Source: Tubiluchus corallicola | Lineage: Eukaryota > Animalia > Priapulida | Reading direction: 5' to 3' | Length of the DNA stretch: 64,000 nt | Assembly (NCBI GenBank): GCA_030141605.1 | Contig: JAQGDQ010000226.1 | Coordinates: forward strand, 297,986-361,985 | Shown here: piece by piece, positions 45,811-58,400 of the stretch | Position numbering within the stretch: the stretch's first letter is position 1 | How the letters are laid out: the number at the start of each line of letters is the position of its first letter | Position numbers and translations under genes: made by a program | Notes under the pieces: model-generated | What the model saw: the letters and a program-made list of their open reading frames with translations, nothing else | Told to the model about the DNA's origin: nothing | Database searches by the model: none

Positions 45811-46153
45811 TAACGACGAATAAAATCAAACATATTCACAACTATGCACAAAAAAATGAAAAAAACTATGATTTAATTAATATGGCCGTGGATATATGAA
45901 TTCTGAATTAGTGTGTATGTTGTCGTGCTGGTGTGATGGTATTTCATTCTGCACATAAAATGCACAGCATAGATATGGACGTTTTTTCTCCTCGGCTTCA
46001 ATGAGTATACTCTTATAGTTTAAGCTGTAACTGTTAAACTTCGCTGTTTTGTTTCATTGTTTCTTGCACAATTTTGAAACTTCGTGCACGTATTAATTTG
46101 CGCAATTATCACCTTCAAATGAGCACGCTGTTTTATTTACTGATATATTAAAT

Positions 46154-46490
46154 TTAATTTTGTTTTTAGATTTGTTAATTTTGCTCTTATTTATTGTCCA
46201 TTTTTCCCATCGTGACACTGTCATTATTTATCGCATTCTAGTTTTCAATGTCTTAGTGAATTTTGACAAATGAATTTTGTTTTTAGATTTGTTAATTTTG
46301 CCCTTTTATTGTCAACTTTTTTCATTGTGACACTATCACTATTTATTGCATTCTAGTTTTCAGTATCTTAGTGAATTTTGACAAATTAATTTTGTTTTTA
46401 GATTTGTTAATTTTGCCCTTTTATTGTCAACTTTTTTCATTATGACACTGTCACTATTTATCGCATTATATTTTCCAGTATCTTAGTGAT
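46154..46490. repeat. About 115-120-bp tandem repeat x3
   Basis: aattttgtttttagatttgttaattttg recurs three times. Confidence 0.85.
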
Positions 46491-46535
46491 GTATTTTAGT
46501 AATTTTTAGCATCTTAATGGTTTGCAAAATCACTA

Positions 46536-48331
46536 CTCTGTTTGGTGTAATTAGTCTGTGTGGAAAACAGTCTCACACTGACTAATTTTAAAGTGCACTT
46601 TTTGTGTCTTTTTCCGGTATTAAATTAGTTTGTAATGCACAGATCACGGACACGTGAAACAAAGGATTATGCAGTCTAACTTAAGTGCACTTAATGCACA
46701 GATCACGGACACGTGAAACAAAGGATTATGCAGTCTAACTTAAGTGCACTTAATGCACAGATCACGGACACGTGAAACAAAGGATTATGCTGTCTAACTT
46801 AAGTGCACTTAATGCACAGATCATGGACACGTGAAACAAAGGATTATGCAGTCTAACTTAAGTGCACTTAATGCACAGATCACGGACACGTGAAACAAAG
46901 GATTATGCAGTCTAACTTAAGTGCACTTAATGCACAGATCATGGACACGTGAAACAAAGGATTATGCAGTCTAGCCTAAGTGCACTTAATGCACAGATCA
47001 TGGACACGTGAAACAAAGGATTATGCAATCTAACTTAAGTGCATTTAATGCACAGATCATGGACACGTGAAACAAAGGATTATGCAGTCTAACTTAAGTG
47101 CACTTAATGCACAGATCACGGACACGTGAAACAAAGGATTATGCAGCCTAACTTAAGCGCACTTAATGCACAGATCATGGACACGTGATACAAAGGATTA
47201 TGCAGTCTAGCCTAAGTGCACTTAATGCACAGATCATGGACACGTGAAACAAAGGATTATGCAGTCTAACTTAAGTGCACTTAATGCACAGATCATGGAC
47301 ACGTGAAACAAAGGATTATGCAGTCTAACTTAAGTGCATTTAATGCACAGATCATGGACACGTGAAACAAAGGATTATGCAGTCTAACTTAAGTGCACTT
47401 AATGCACAGATCACGGACACGTGAAACAAAGGATTATGCAGCCTAACTTAAGCGCACTTAATGCACAGATCATGGACACGTGATACAAAGGATTATGCAG
47501 TCTAGCCTAAGTGCACTTAATGCACAGATCCTGGACGCGTGAAACAAAGGATTATGCAGTCTAACTTAAGTGCACTTAATGCACAGATCATGGACACGTG
47601 AAACAAAGGATTATGCAGTCTAACTTAAGTGCATTTAATGCACAGATCATGGACACGTGAAACAAAGGATTATGCAGTCTAACTTAAGTGCACTTAATGC
47701 ACAGATCATGGACACGTGAAAGAAAGGATTATGCAGTCTAGCCTAAGTGCACTTAATGCACAGATCATGGACACGTGAAACAAAGGATTATGCTGTCTAA
47801 CTTAAGTGTACTTAATGCACAGATCATGGACACGTGAAACAAAGGATTATGCTGTCTAACTTAAGTGTACTTAATGCACAGATCATGGACACGTGAAACA
47901 AAGGATTATGCAGTCTAACTTAAGTGCACTTAATGCCAAGGAAGACAAGCGAAGCGTGACTTTTACCGGGAAGGCAATGATACGCACTGGCTTGACGCTG
48001 GTTGCGGAGAGAAATGGAATACAACTCAAATATATCCTAATGTTACAAGAAACATAGCAAAATACCAAAAAGAGTTAAATAGCAAGCCGGTTAATGAAGA
48101 AAGTGCTAGCTCCGTGTTTGACTCTGTTGAAGAAGATTCAGATTGAAAAGCAAAACATTGCTACTGCCGTTTGAATTTCACTAAAAATGAGCTTCACAAT
48201 ACAATGAGAAAAATTCTACGAAATTAGCCTGTGTGGAAAATTAGTCTAAAATAGTCTAATTTTGATAGTGCACTTTGAAAAGTTGGTTTGAAAATTAGTC
48301 TCAAATAGAACTAGAATTAAACTAAACAGTG
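46536..48331. mobile_element. Possible non-autonomous TIR element enclosing the 59-bp array
   Basis: Imperfect TIR CTCTGTTTGGTGTAATT versus reverse-complemented end CACTGTTTAGTTTAATT; aattagtc subterminal repeats at both ends. Confidence 0.4.
46634..47937. repeat. 59-bp minisatellite (about 22 units)
   Basis: Unit taatgcacagatcayggacacgtgaaacaaaggattatgcagtctaacttaagtgcact. Confidence 0.95.
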
Positions 48332-48751
48332 CAGCTAATCCAGCCGCGTATGATGTAAGAAAAGTACAAGTTAATTACTCTACAAAATGGGTGGATGACT
48401 TAGTTGATCATATGGTCGTTCGTCACCCCCACTTCACAGTAATTACATTTCTTTCTACATATACTTCAAAATATCCTTCGCTTTACTACATTTTAAAGCT
48501 ATATGAATGTTTCTACGTAGTGTTGAACTCACGGAAGATAAGTAAATGTACATGTATCTTATCTTACCTTATCTTATTTATAAACACAAAGAATTTACAA
48601 TGCAAGGTAAAGAAATACACTGCACATCACACGTGTAAAATAAAAATAATTTAAAAGAGAAATATAATTATTATAATCTTAATGTCAATATTGCTATGAA
48701 TGACAATGGCACAAACCAACAAGCAATTAAATTTTGAAACCAACCGTGGAA

Positions 48752-48820
48752 GATAGGAGTGGATTTGAACCAGGAACGTTATGTTTACACATTAGACGCC
48801 TTGGATCACTAGGCCGACAT
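48752..48820 (-). mobile_element. tRNA-derived SINE head or tRNA pseudogene
   Basis: A-box-like GGCCTAGTGA and B-box GGTTCAAATCC; no complete cloverleaf. Confidence 0.4.
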
Positions 48821-51800
48821 ATCTCTAGTGGTCAAGACAGTCCAATGTTCATCTTTTATAGCTGACCAACCAAATTCGGCATTTCCAATGTTAGATCGCT
48901 CACTAATTAGATTAATTTCCCGTCTTTCAAGTTTGGTATCCACATTTATTTAATTGTTGGATTGTACTACCACTATTAATAACAAGCTTAACATTATAGG
49001 CCTAATATTTAATGTAATAGTTACATACATAAGTTTTGGGTCAAAATTAATGAAGATTATGGCACGGGGGACGAGGGAACGACGCCTAATCCCGACTCAC
49101 GGCAAAACGTGTCTGAAACAAAGACTACAACATTCTGTACTGGATCTTGGTTATCAATGTTTACGTTCTGGGAAAAGACGATTACTTTACATAAAATTTG
49201 TGTACTGTCAGATGCCTCCATCTAGTGGTAAAGTTTTTAAGCAGCCAAACGCTAGGTGATGAAGCAAGTCAGTTGGTATGGGCCGGTCAAACTGTTACAG
49301 CTTAGACATTAGATGAGAAAGAGCAAAAAATGTATGTGCAAAACTGTATTAATCTCTTTTGAAATGTTTTTTGAGTTTAAAATATATCCACAAATAGCTA
49401 TAATTACTTTGAAAGCTAAAACTTGTAATGTCAGATTTCAATAATTTTACTTACATTATGACAGATTGAATGTACCTTGTCGACGAATCATACCATATAG
49501 GAACAAGTGTTAAATATCTAAAAGAATTTTGGCAATAAAAGTGACATAATTTTCTACGAATATTTAGTACTGGCGTCTTCTTTGACATTGGGGTATAATC
49601 CACCACACACGTCTCACGCAAATAAAAACAAAAAGAAAAAATAGTTGCTATTTAAGACTCGATTTAATATAGACAAAGAATTTTAATATATTTAATGACA
49701 TACATATAAAGCTGACACATTTACAATGCAAATAATATAGACTACAACGTTTCTGAAAAAATTAAGCAAAACGTATTTCCATTATCAAACGTTAAACACT
49801 AAACTAAGAGGGCGTGCTGAATGGGCGAGATATCGCAGGGCTAGCAAGTGAGATAAAGAGTTCCCATATTACACTGACGTAATTTACAGTAAAATATTAT
49901 TTCGAAAATTTATCCCATATAGATTTAGAATAATTAGAATTTCATACAGAGTCAGTAAAACAGTGCATACTCAAGCTCAGCTGATGCTAGCAAGGTACAA
50001 TAGCTTACTTTAATATGCAAAATGCTTCTAAGAACCAAATAAAAATTCTAAGCTAAATTGTGATGGTTTCGTAAAAAATATTTGTGTTGGTTAAAATCGT
50101 GAGTGAGCGAATTACAAATATTTGCTACAATCAATTATTTATTTCCCAGTTGCTTCTTTAATAATAACAAGACAGCCAGTAAGCAATAGTAAGATATTTT
50201 CTTATTAATTTATAATAAAGATCGTAAATGAAACATACTTCATGACGACCTTAGTAATACACAACAAAGACATCGGGAATAAAAAGAAATCAAAAATTAA
50301 GAAACCAGAAAAAGAAATCAAGAGCCCAATGTTTCAAACAGCCACCGTAGTTTTTCTTCAAATTAACGAATAAGAAAAAAATCGCGAGAAATTGCTAAAA
50401 GTACTAAAAGTAATTTCTTGGGAATTTTTGTTTACATTATTAACACAAAAAGGATGTCACATTAAAAAGGATACAAACACAATGGAAAACACAGCAGATA
50501 AAAATACAAAACAGTATGGTGATTTTATACTTGTGTGTATCTGCTGAGTTTTCTTAAATTACTTGTATCCTCTTTAGTGTGATTCCTTCCAAAAAAAATT
50601 AGCTTTCTAGTTCTAATAATTCCTCGTGACTATTTTTCGTTCACCTAAAGAACTATGGTTGTAGTCTGATATGTTTGGCGCTTTTTTCTTGTTGTTTAAT
50701 TGCGGCATTTTTTATCATTGTCGCTGTTCTTGTTCAAGAAATAAACTAGAAATTTCAAAATTGTTAGCTAAAGGATACAAGCACTCAGGAAACCATTTTA
50801 AGTAATTACTCGCCAACATGGCTTGGTCACGAAATGTACCATTTACACACTTCACTTACTAAGTTACAAGTCAAACTCTTGCAAAACATGGGAGTTGACA
50901 ACATGTTTGTTTAACCTTCTCCACGCTACAATTATGGATCACATTTTTAGCGATCCATCCCACTGTAGAACGAGCTCTACAAATCTGCCAATGCAAGCAG
51001 CAAAAAAAATTTACAACTCTTATGTCGACTTTGACACACCACAATAATAATTTCCTAGATTAAAATCAACAGTGGCTTCACATTTGCCACGCGAAAAAAC
51101 GAAATTATTTACAGAAAAGTAACGCCTACTACGTTTTAAAAAAAATGAACTGTACAGCTAACATGACTGTGCAACATGATGCTTAAGCAGAAACATTACA
51201 GAATGGTATTCATATGAACAAAAACTCTTCTCAACATATATCATAAACTCTTAACGTCATATATTGGGTACCTTAGAGATTCTTAGCAGCAGTTGCGTAT
51301 ACATGGGATATAATGTAATAACAGAATGAAAAGCGTACTGTAAGTGCCGAATATAATAATAAGCGATTTAAGATAGTAAATCTAGTCTCGAACGAGACCA
51401 AACTTGTCTCCTCTATAGAAGAAGGACCAGACAAGAAGTAGGACACAGCAGAGGCTTAACTCTTTTACGTCAGTCCCTATATTAGCCATCATGCATAAAG
51501 GTGCATTAGATACATGCATAAAGGTGCATTAGGAACACCAAGCCTTTCAGAATTCCAGAAAATGGTGATGATCGCGAAAATGCGAAAAGTTACTGATACT
51601 TGGCTGGTCCACATTAGCGACGTAATTATGTACGTTGACAATGCCAGACTAAGATACCAATAACCTTTGACCTACAGCGCTGCACTACAAATTTGCATGC
51701 TCGTAGAGTAACTCTGAAAAAGCTTAATAATTAACAATGCCAGAAATAGGATGCGCACTTGAATTTTTGCAATTTGAATGTAAAACTTTGCGACAGATTT

Positions 51801-52401
51801 GTCTTTTTAAAGTGTAAAAGTAAAGTGGTTTAAACGCAGACTGCTACAGAGTAAATCGGGTATACAAAGAAATATCAATATTATACAGTCCGTGAATTAT
51901 TTCACTATCAAAAGTGTTCCAAAAAGACATTTCTAAGTCGTTTGCTATAGCCATTCAACAAGCCTCTTACAATTTGATGACATGATTTAGAAGTTAATTC
52001 GATCACGTCTTTTGCATGCAAAACGTCGTGTGCAGAGTTCACTCGTGTGCATCTGCATGGACGTCAAAAGCCAAGAATAGATAAACTCTCTCTAACTACG
52101 TAGATAAAAGAATGATTAATATAAAAAGCTTTGACAAAGAGTCTTGCTACACTACTATGCACTTTGAGACATACATGTACGTGTATGTATATTCACAACA
52201 TTTAAAAACATTACATACGTTTAATCGTAAGCAATTATATGCGACGAACAGCATATACAGAATATTAATAAAATAACAGCGCATTTTCACAACTGCTTAC
52301 GATTTTTAGCCATAGCTGGCGCTAAAGCTGCATGTACGTCGAGTCGAAACCAAGTTTAGAACGCTAAAAACGCTGAAGCTCTCACACCAATACCGTAACC
52401 T

Positions 52402-52452
52402 CTATCTAGCTGTCTGCTGTGATCGTTTCATGTACAAGTTCAACAGTTTTAG
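52402..52452 (-). CDS. CLASP: CLASP terminal coding exon LKLLNLYMKRSQQTAR*
   Basis: TTTCAG acceptor, phase 0, TAG at 52404-52402. Confidence 0.9.
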   Translation of the reverse strand, partial: LKLLNLYMKRSQQTAR

Positions 52453-55400
52453 CTGAAACAGACAAAATTAAACTTATTCAGGAATCTGAAAAAACAAACA
52501 ATGTGGATTATCACGCATACTACTAATACCCACCCATGTACCAAGTTTGACTGGCTTGCCCCAGTGGCCTGCAATTATCATGCATACTACTAATACCCAT
52601 GTACCAAGTTTGACTGGCTTGCCCCAGTGGCCTGCAATTATCATGCATACTACTAATACCCATGTACCAAGTTTGACTGGCTTGCCCCAGTGGCCTGCAA
52701 TTATGCATACTACTAATACCCATGTACCAAGTTTGACTGGCTTGCCCCAGTGGCCTGCAATTATCATGCATACTACTAATACCCATGTACCAAGTTTGAC
52801 TGGCTTGCCCCAGTGGCCTGCAATTATCATGCATACTACTAATACCCATGTAGCAAGTTTGACTGGCTTGCCCCAGCGGCCCGCAATTATGCATACTACT
52901 AATACCCATGTAGCAAGTTTGACTGGCTTGCCCCAGTGGCCTGCAATTATCATGCATACTACTAATACCCATGTAGCAAGTTTGACTGGCTTGCCCCAGC
53001 GGCCCGCAATTATGCATACTACTAATACCCATGTAGCAAGTTTGACTGGCTTGCCCCAGTGGCCTGCAATTATCATGCATACTACTAATACCCATGTACC
53101 AAGTTTGACTGGCTTGCCCCAGTGGCCTGCAATTATCACGCATACTACTAATACCCATGTACCAAGTTTGACTGGCTTGCCCCAGTGGCCTGCAATTATG
53201 CATACTACTAATACCCATGTACCAAGTTTGACTGGCTTGCCCCAGTGGCCTGCAATTATCATGCATACTACTAATACCCATGTACCAAGTTTGACTGGCT
53301 TGCCCCAGCGGCCTGCAATTATCATGCATACTACTAATACCCATGTACCAAGTTTGACTGGCTTGCCCCAGTGGCCTGCAATTATCACGCATATGGCTTG
53401 CCCCAGTGGCCTGCAATTATGCATACTACTAATACCCATGTAGCAAGTTTGACTGGCTTGCCCCAGTGGCCTGCAATTATGCATACTACTAATACCCATG
53501 TAGCAAGTTTGACTGGCTTGCCCCAGTGGCCTGCAATTATCATGCATACTACTAATACCCATGTACCAAGTTTGACTGGCTTGCCCAGTGGCCTGCAATT
53601 ATCATGCATACTACTAATACCCGTGTACCAAGTTTGACTGGCTTGCCCCAGTGGCCTGCAATTATCATGCATACTACTAATACCCATGTAGCAAGTTTGA
53701 CTGGCTTGGCCCAGTGGCCTGCAATTATCACGCATACTACTAATACCCATGTAGCAAGTTTGACTGGCTTGCCCCAGTGGCCTGCAATTATCATGCATAC
53801 TACTAATACCCATGTACCAAGTTTGACTGGCTTGCCCCAGTGGCCTGCAATTATCATGCATACTACTAATACCCATGTAGAAAGTTTGACTGGCTTGGCC
53901 CAGTGGCCTACAATTATCACGCATACTACTAATACCCATGTAGCAAGTTTGACTGGCTTGCCCCAGTGGCCTGCAATTATCATGCATACTACTAATACCC
54001 ACGTACCAAGTTTGACTGGCTTGGCCCAGCGGCCTGCAATTATCATGCATACTACTAATACCCATGTACCAAGTTTGACTGGCTTACCCCAGTGGCCTGC
54101 AATTATCACGCATACCACTAATACTCATGTACCAAGTTTGACTGGCTTGCCCCAGTGGCCTGCAATTATCACGCATACTACTAATACCCATGTACCAAGT
54201 TTGACTGGCTTGCCCCAGTGGCCTGCAATTATCACGCATACTACTAATACCCATGTACCAAGTTTGACTGGCTTGCCCCAGTGGCCTGCAATTATCACGC
54301 ACACCACTAATACTCATGTACCAAGTTTGACTGGCTTGCCCCAGTGGCCTGCAATTATCATGCATACTACTAATACCCATGTACCAAGTTTGGCTGGCTT
54401 GCCCCAGTGGCCTGCAATTATCATGCATACTACTAATACCCATGTACCAAGTTTGACTGGCTTGCCCCAGTGGCCTGCAATTATGCATACTACTAATACC
54501 CATGTAGCAAGTTTGACTGGCTTGGCCCAGTGGCCTGCAATTATCATGCAAACCTATTACAAATGAAAACAGATGGAAATAGTCAAGACAGGTAGAATGA
54601 GGGTCACACAGACACCGTCACCTCTATCTAACTATCTGCTGCAATTGTTTTATAGGTAATGTGAGAAATTCAAATAAATTTTAGTAATTAAAACGCTTTC
54701 AATTAAAGTTTAAATTATCAAAAGGCTCACTACTTAACCCTAATAGCAACAACTGCAAATCACTAGTGCCAATATTTTTACCTTTTGTGTTTAACACTTA
54801 AAAGCTGTCTGACAGCACATGCCATCCTAAATAAAATACCGAGATACATCTGGAAAAACTTGTAGACTCCGTACTCTACTGTAAGTGACATAAGTTGTAA
54901 AATCATGTGACGGAGGTTGTCTAATAACCAAACAAACGAGTAAGGCAAAAGGGCATCCCTGTTTTCTCCTTGAATATGAGTAGAGAGTGTAGCGTAATTC
55001 TTTGTGTCGTGGCAAAAAAACGTCGTTTCACGTTTACTGTTCAAACTGAAGCTGAAACTTCGAACTCAAGCCTCCCGTAATTCCCACTAGATGGCCCTAA
55101 TGCAGCAGTAGTTTAAAGTGATTTATTAATGTAGGAAAGCCCTATAACAATCGTAACATGTTTAAAACAAAGCGAATTGACATTTTCTACGACCTCGAGC
55201 CTCCCGTAATTCCCACTAGATGGCCCTAATGCCACAGTAGTTTAAAGTTTGATGTTTGTTTGTATTTTGTTTAAGTATGAACTAGTTTTTGCAAATTCCA
55301 ATTTATGTCTATGATTTAGACTATAGTATGCAGCTAGCAATTGCCTTTATAAACAAAGCTATAGTGGGATTCCTAGCAAATGATCTACAAACTGGTACAA

Positions 55401-58400
55401 AGTTTATATGTTTGCCGCACTTCAGAAAAATGTACATTCAGTTAAAAAGCGGGCACTTTTGTACAGTCGTTAGAGAAATGCGTATTTTAGAATATGTATC
55501 TTTTACGTGTTAATCTGTATCTCGACACTAGGCGGAGGAGCTGTACAAGCAGCCAACGGCAAAGGGCAGAGGAGGTCAAGTGACCCAACGGCCATGTGTA
55601 GAGGAGTAAACCTTCCAAATCAGGAGTGGAGCCCCGAAGGCGGACCAGTGCAGCATGCTCACTGACTCCGACAGCTCCTGCAGCCGACCTGGTGCCAAAC
55701 GTATCACTCCACTTTCCTTTGGACTACACCAGGGAGGAAGAGAGGGGGTTCCTGCGGTCTGGGCAACACAGGATCTCCATACACCTTGCCCAGGCGTGCG
55801 CCCTGGAGACTTTCAAGGATCGGACTCTCTTGGTGCACTTTCCATTGTCTTCCGAGACAGAAGGATGCCAACAACAACAATGAACATGTTAATGGAGATG
55901 ATATAAGGTATCGAGCATTTCACGTTGGGCTAAAGCAAAACTGTAAAACGCTCTATTTTGTGCTTATACAGTGAAAACAATCACACTTCCAAAATGAGAT
56001 ATCACACAGAATATAGATTTCTGCATACCTTGCTCCCATTCAGAGTTGTTAAATAAGGGTACAAATCGTCCCCAATGGCAACATACAAAGCCACCAGACA
56101 GAAACAGCTGGCTTTGCGTACAGCACTTTCCGTAGCATCATAACCCTGCAACAAGAATTGTAAACTGTAGAACAATGTTAAGTTTGCAGTATGTATAACT
56201 TACTCGTAACAAAAATAAGTACGTATAACCTCCTCACAACAAAAATAACCAATTCAAACTTGTTGAATACAAAGCATTTACACCGGGACAAAATAATTTA
56301 AAAAAGAAAACTGGTATTAAATACATGCACTTAATGTAATATTGAAAAATAACACGGTCGAGAACAGATCTGTAGACCTTCATTATACAGGGTGTCCCAT
56401 AATTAACTATACACTTTTGATTCCAACTTGAACCCTACATGAACCCTTACAGGCCTTGGCAATTCTTGTTATTTTTTGACTGGAACCCTGTTGCCAAGGC
56501 AACGACAGTAATGTTGCAAATGATGTACAAAGTCAGCTGGGCATGAGGTTCTTCGATCACCGACTGCAGTTCAGTAGAAATTCAGAGCATCACACGGACC
56601 ACACTTTTCTCCCAATATTGACAATGTAATTTTTCAACATGTGTTGTGTTGGAAAAACAAGCCTTCCTCCCCACTCATGGACTGCGAAAAACTTTTTCAA
56701 TGTAAGATACCGGTCTCTGAAGCTCTTGAGCCCCCCCTCCCCCTAACGAAGGTAGTGAAAATAGCAAAGCAAAGTGCAGTAGTTCTTTACAGATTTTCGT
56801 CTAAATTGCCTAAAAAAATTGCTCAAGGCTTCAGTTCATCTGTACCACTTTTCACACGTTTTGGTTTTGTTTGTTAGAAAATATAGAAAATGTAAAGTGT
56901 ATACTGACTTCTGAGGCACCGTGTACATATGATTAAAACTAAAGGAAATAAATGTACAGAGTGCCAACAGATTTATAGATGTATGTATGTAGCTAAGCTT
57001 TCCACAAATATGTCTTTGTCTGAGCAAAACAGAAATTAGACAGACCGTTCTAATTAACTTTATTACAAAATAGCTATATTTACGTAATCTTAAGCAGGCT
57101 TAAAAATTTTCATTCACTGAATCTGCGTTTCAATTGCATTAATTTTACCATTTATATGACATTTTCTCTTTTGCTCTTTTTGTACTGTATGATATCATGT
57201 TTTTATTTACATCACATTTAGGACAGTCAGTCTCAGGCCCTATTTCAGGGGGGGGGGGTAAGTGGGGATACTTCCCCGGGGCCTCACCCTCCAGGGGGCC
57301 TTGCGCCGAGGTAACATTTTTTTGCTTTTTGCGAACATACTGCCTCCTCTCTCCCTCTCTTGCCACACGCGCGCCGTTTGCCTTGTGCGGCTCGGTGCCG
57401 ATGTTCAGCTGTTTTCAATTTCGGAATTTCTAACGCCGGCTTGTACGGAAGTGAGAGTACGGTATTACATATTGCAAAGATGTTGTTTTTGATTTGACTA
57501 TTTGACAAGTATTAAGGACTGGTCTTGAGAATAAAGTAGTTTTTCTTTCAATTGTTCTTTCCTTTAACAACTGTATAACTCCATATTTTCTCTTCGAAAA
57601 TGCTTCTCCGGCATTCTAGCAGTTCAAAAATTTTTTGGGCGCCAACCATGGTGGCGCCTGCCCCCCCCCCTGAGGGGGCCTCACACGCCCCGCTTCCCGG
57701 GCCTCGCTTAAGCTGAAATAGGCCCTGGTCAGTCTAACCTCTCTTTCGCTCTGACAAAGACATAGTAGTCAAAAGTTCAACCGTCAACAATAATACATCT
57801 CTTAACTCGTTGCGTATCTATTTTCTCAAGTTTGAGCTACATACACAAATATATGCAAAAAGAGAACAAATGAAAAAGAAGAAAGAACAAATTATAATTT
57901 TCAAAAACATCCACTGCATAATAAATTAAAATACATCAAGTTTTTTTATATAGTGGCTTGTTTATGAAATGATATTGTTCTTATTATAAATAATTTAAAA
58001 ACTTTAACATATAATTACTTACCTTTACAAGACCAGGTATGATATCAGGTAGCACCCGACGTACTTCTGTTTCAGACATTTTCTCTATGACCTAAAATGA
58101 AACATGTTCACCAATTCCGCATAAATTCTTTATTGCTCCAAGTGTTAATTTTCTAAATATTCTGAGATGACTTAGACACAAGAACAAAAACCAATATTGG
58201 GTTAGAATCAAAGAAGCAGTGACAGTTGCTGTAAATTGACTTTGGATGTTGCAACTTCAATTTGTAAGATCAACAACAAATGCTTCACCACAAAATGTAG
58301 CATTTATTAATGCTATATCATCAATCTGATTATGATCATCACGATCATCATCATCAACATCATCAATCTATTGATTGCATTATCAAACCACAGAAGTGAG

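Noticed and set aside
46634-47937. CRISPR-like appearance of regular arrays (also 14370-15690, 61210-62430)
   Set aside because: Head-to-tail repeats with no unique spacers, no cas genes, eukaryotic context.
52474-54566. Long repetitive ORFs on both strands
   Set aside because: Translations of the 63/60-bp intronic minisatellite; unit lengths are multiples of 3.
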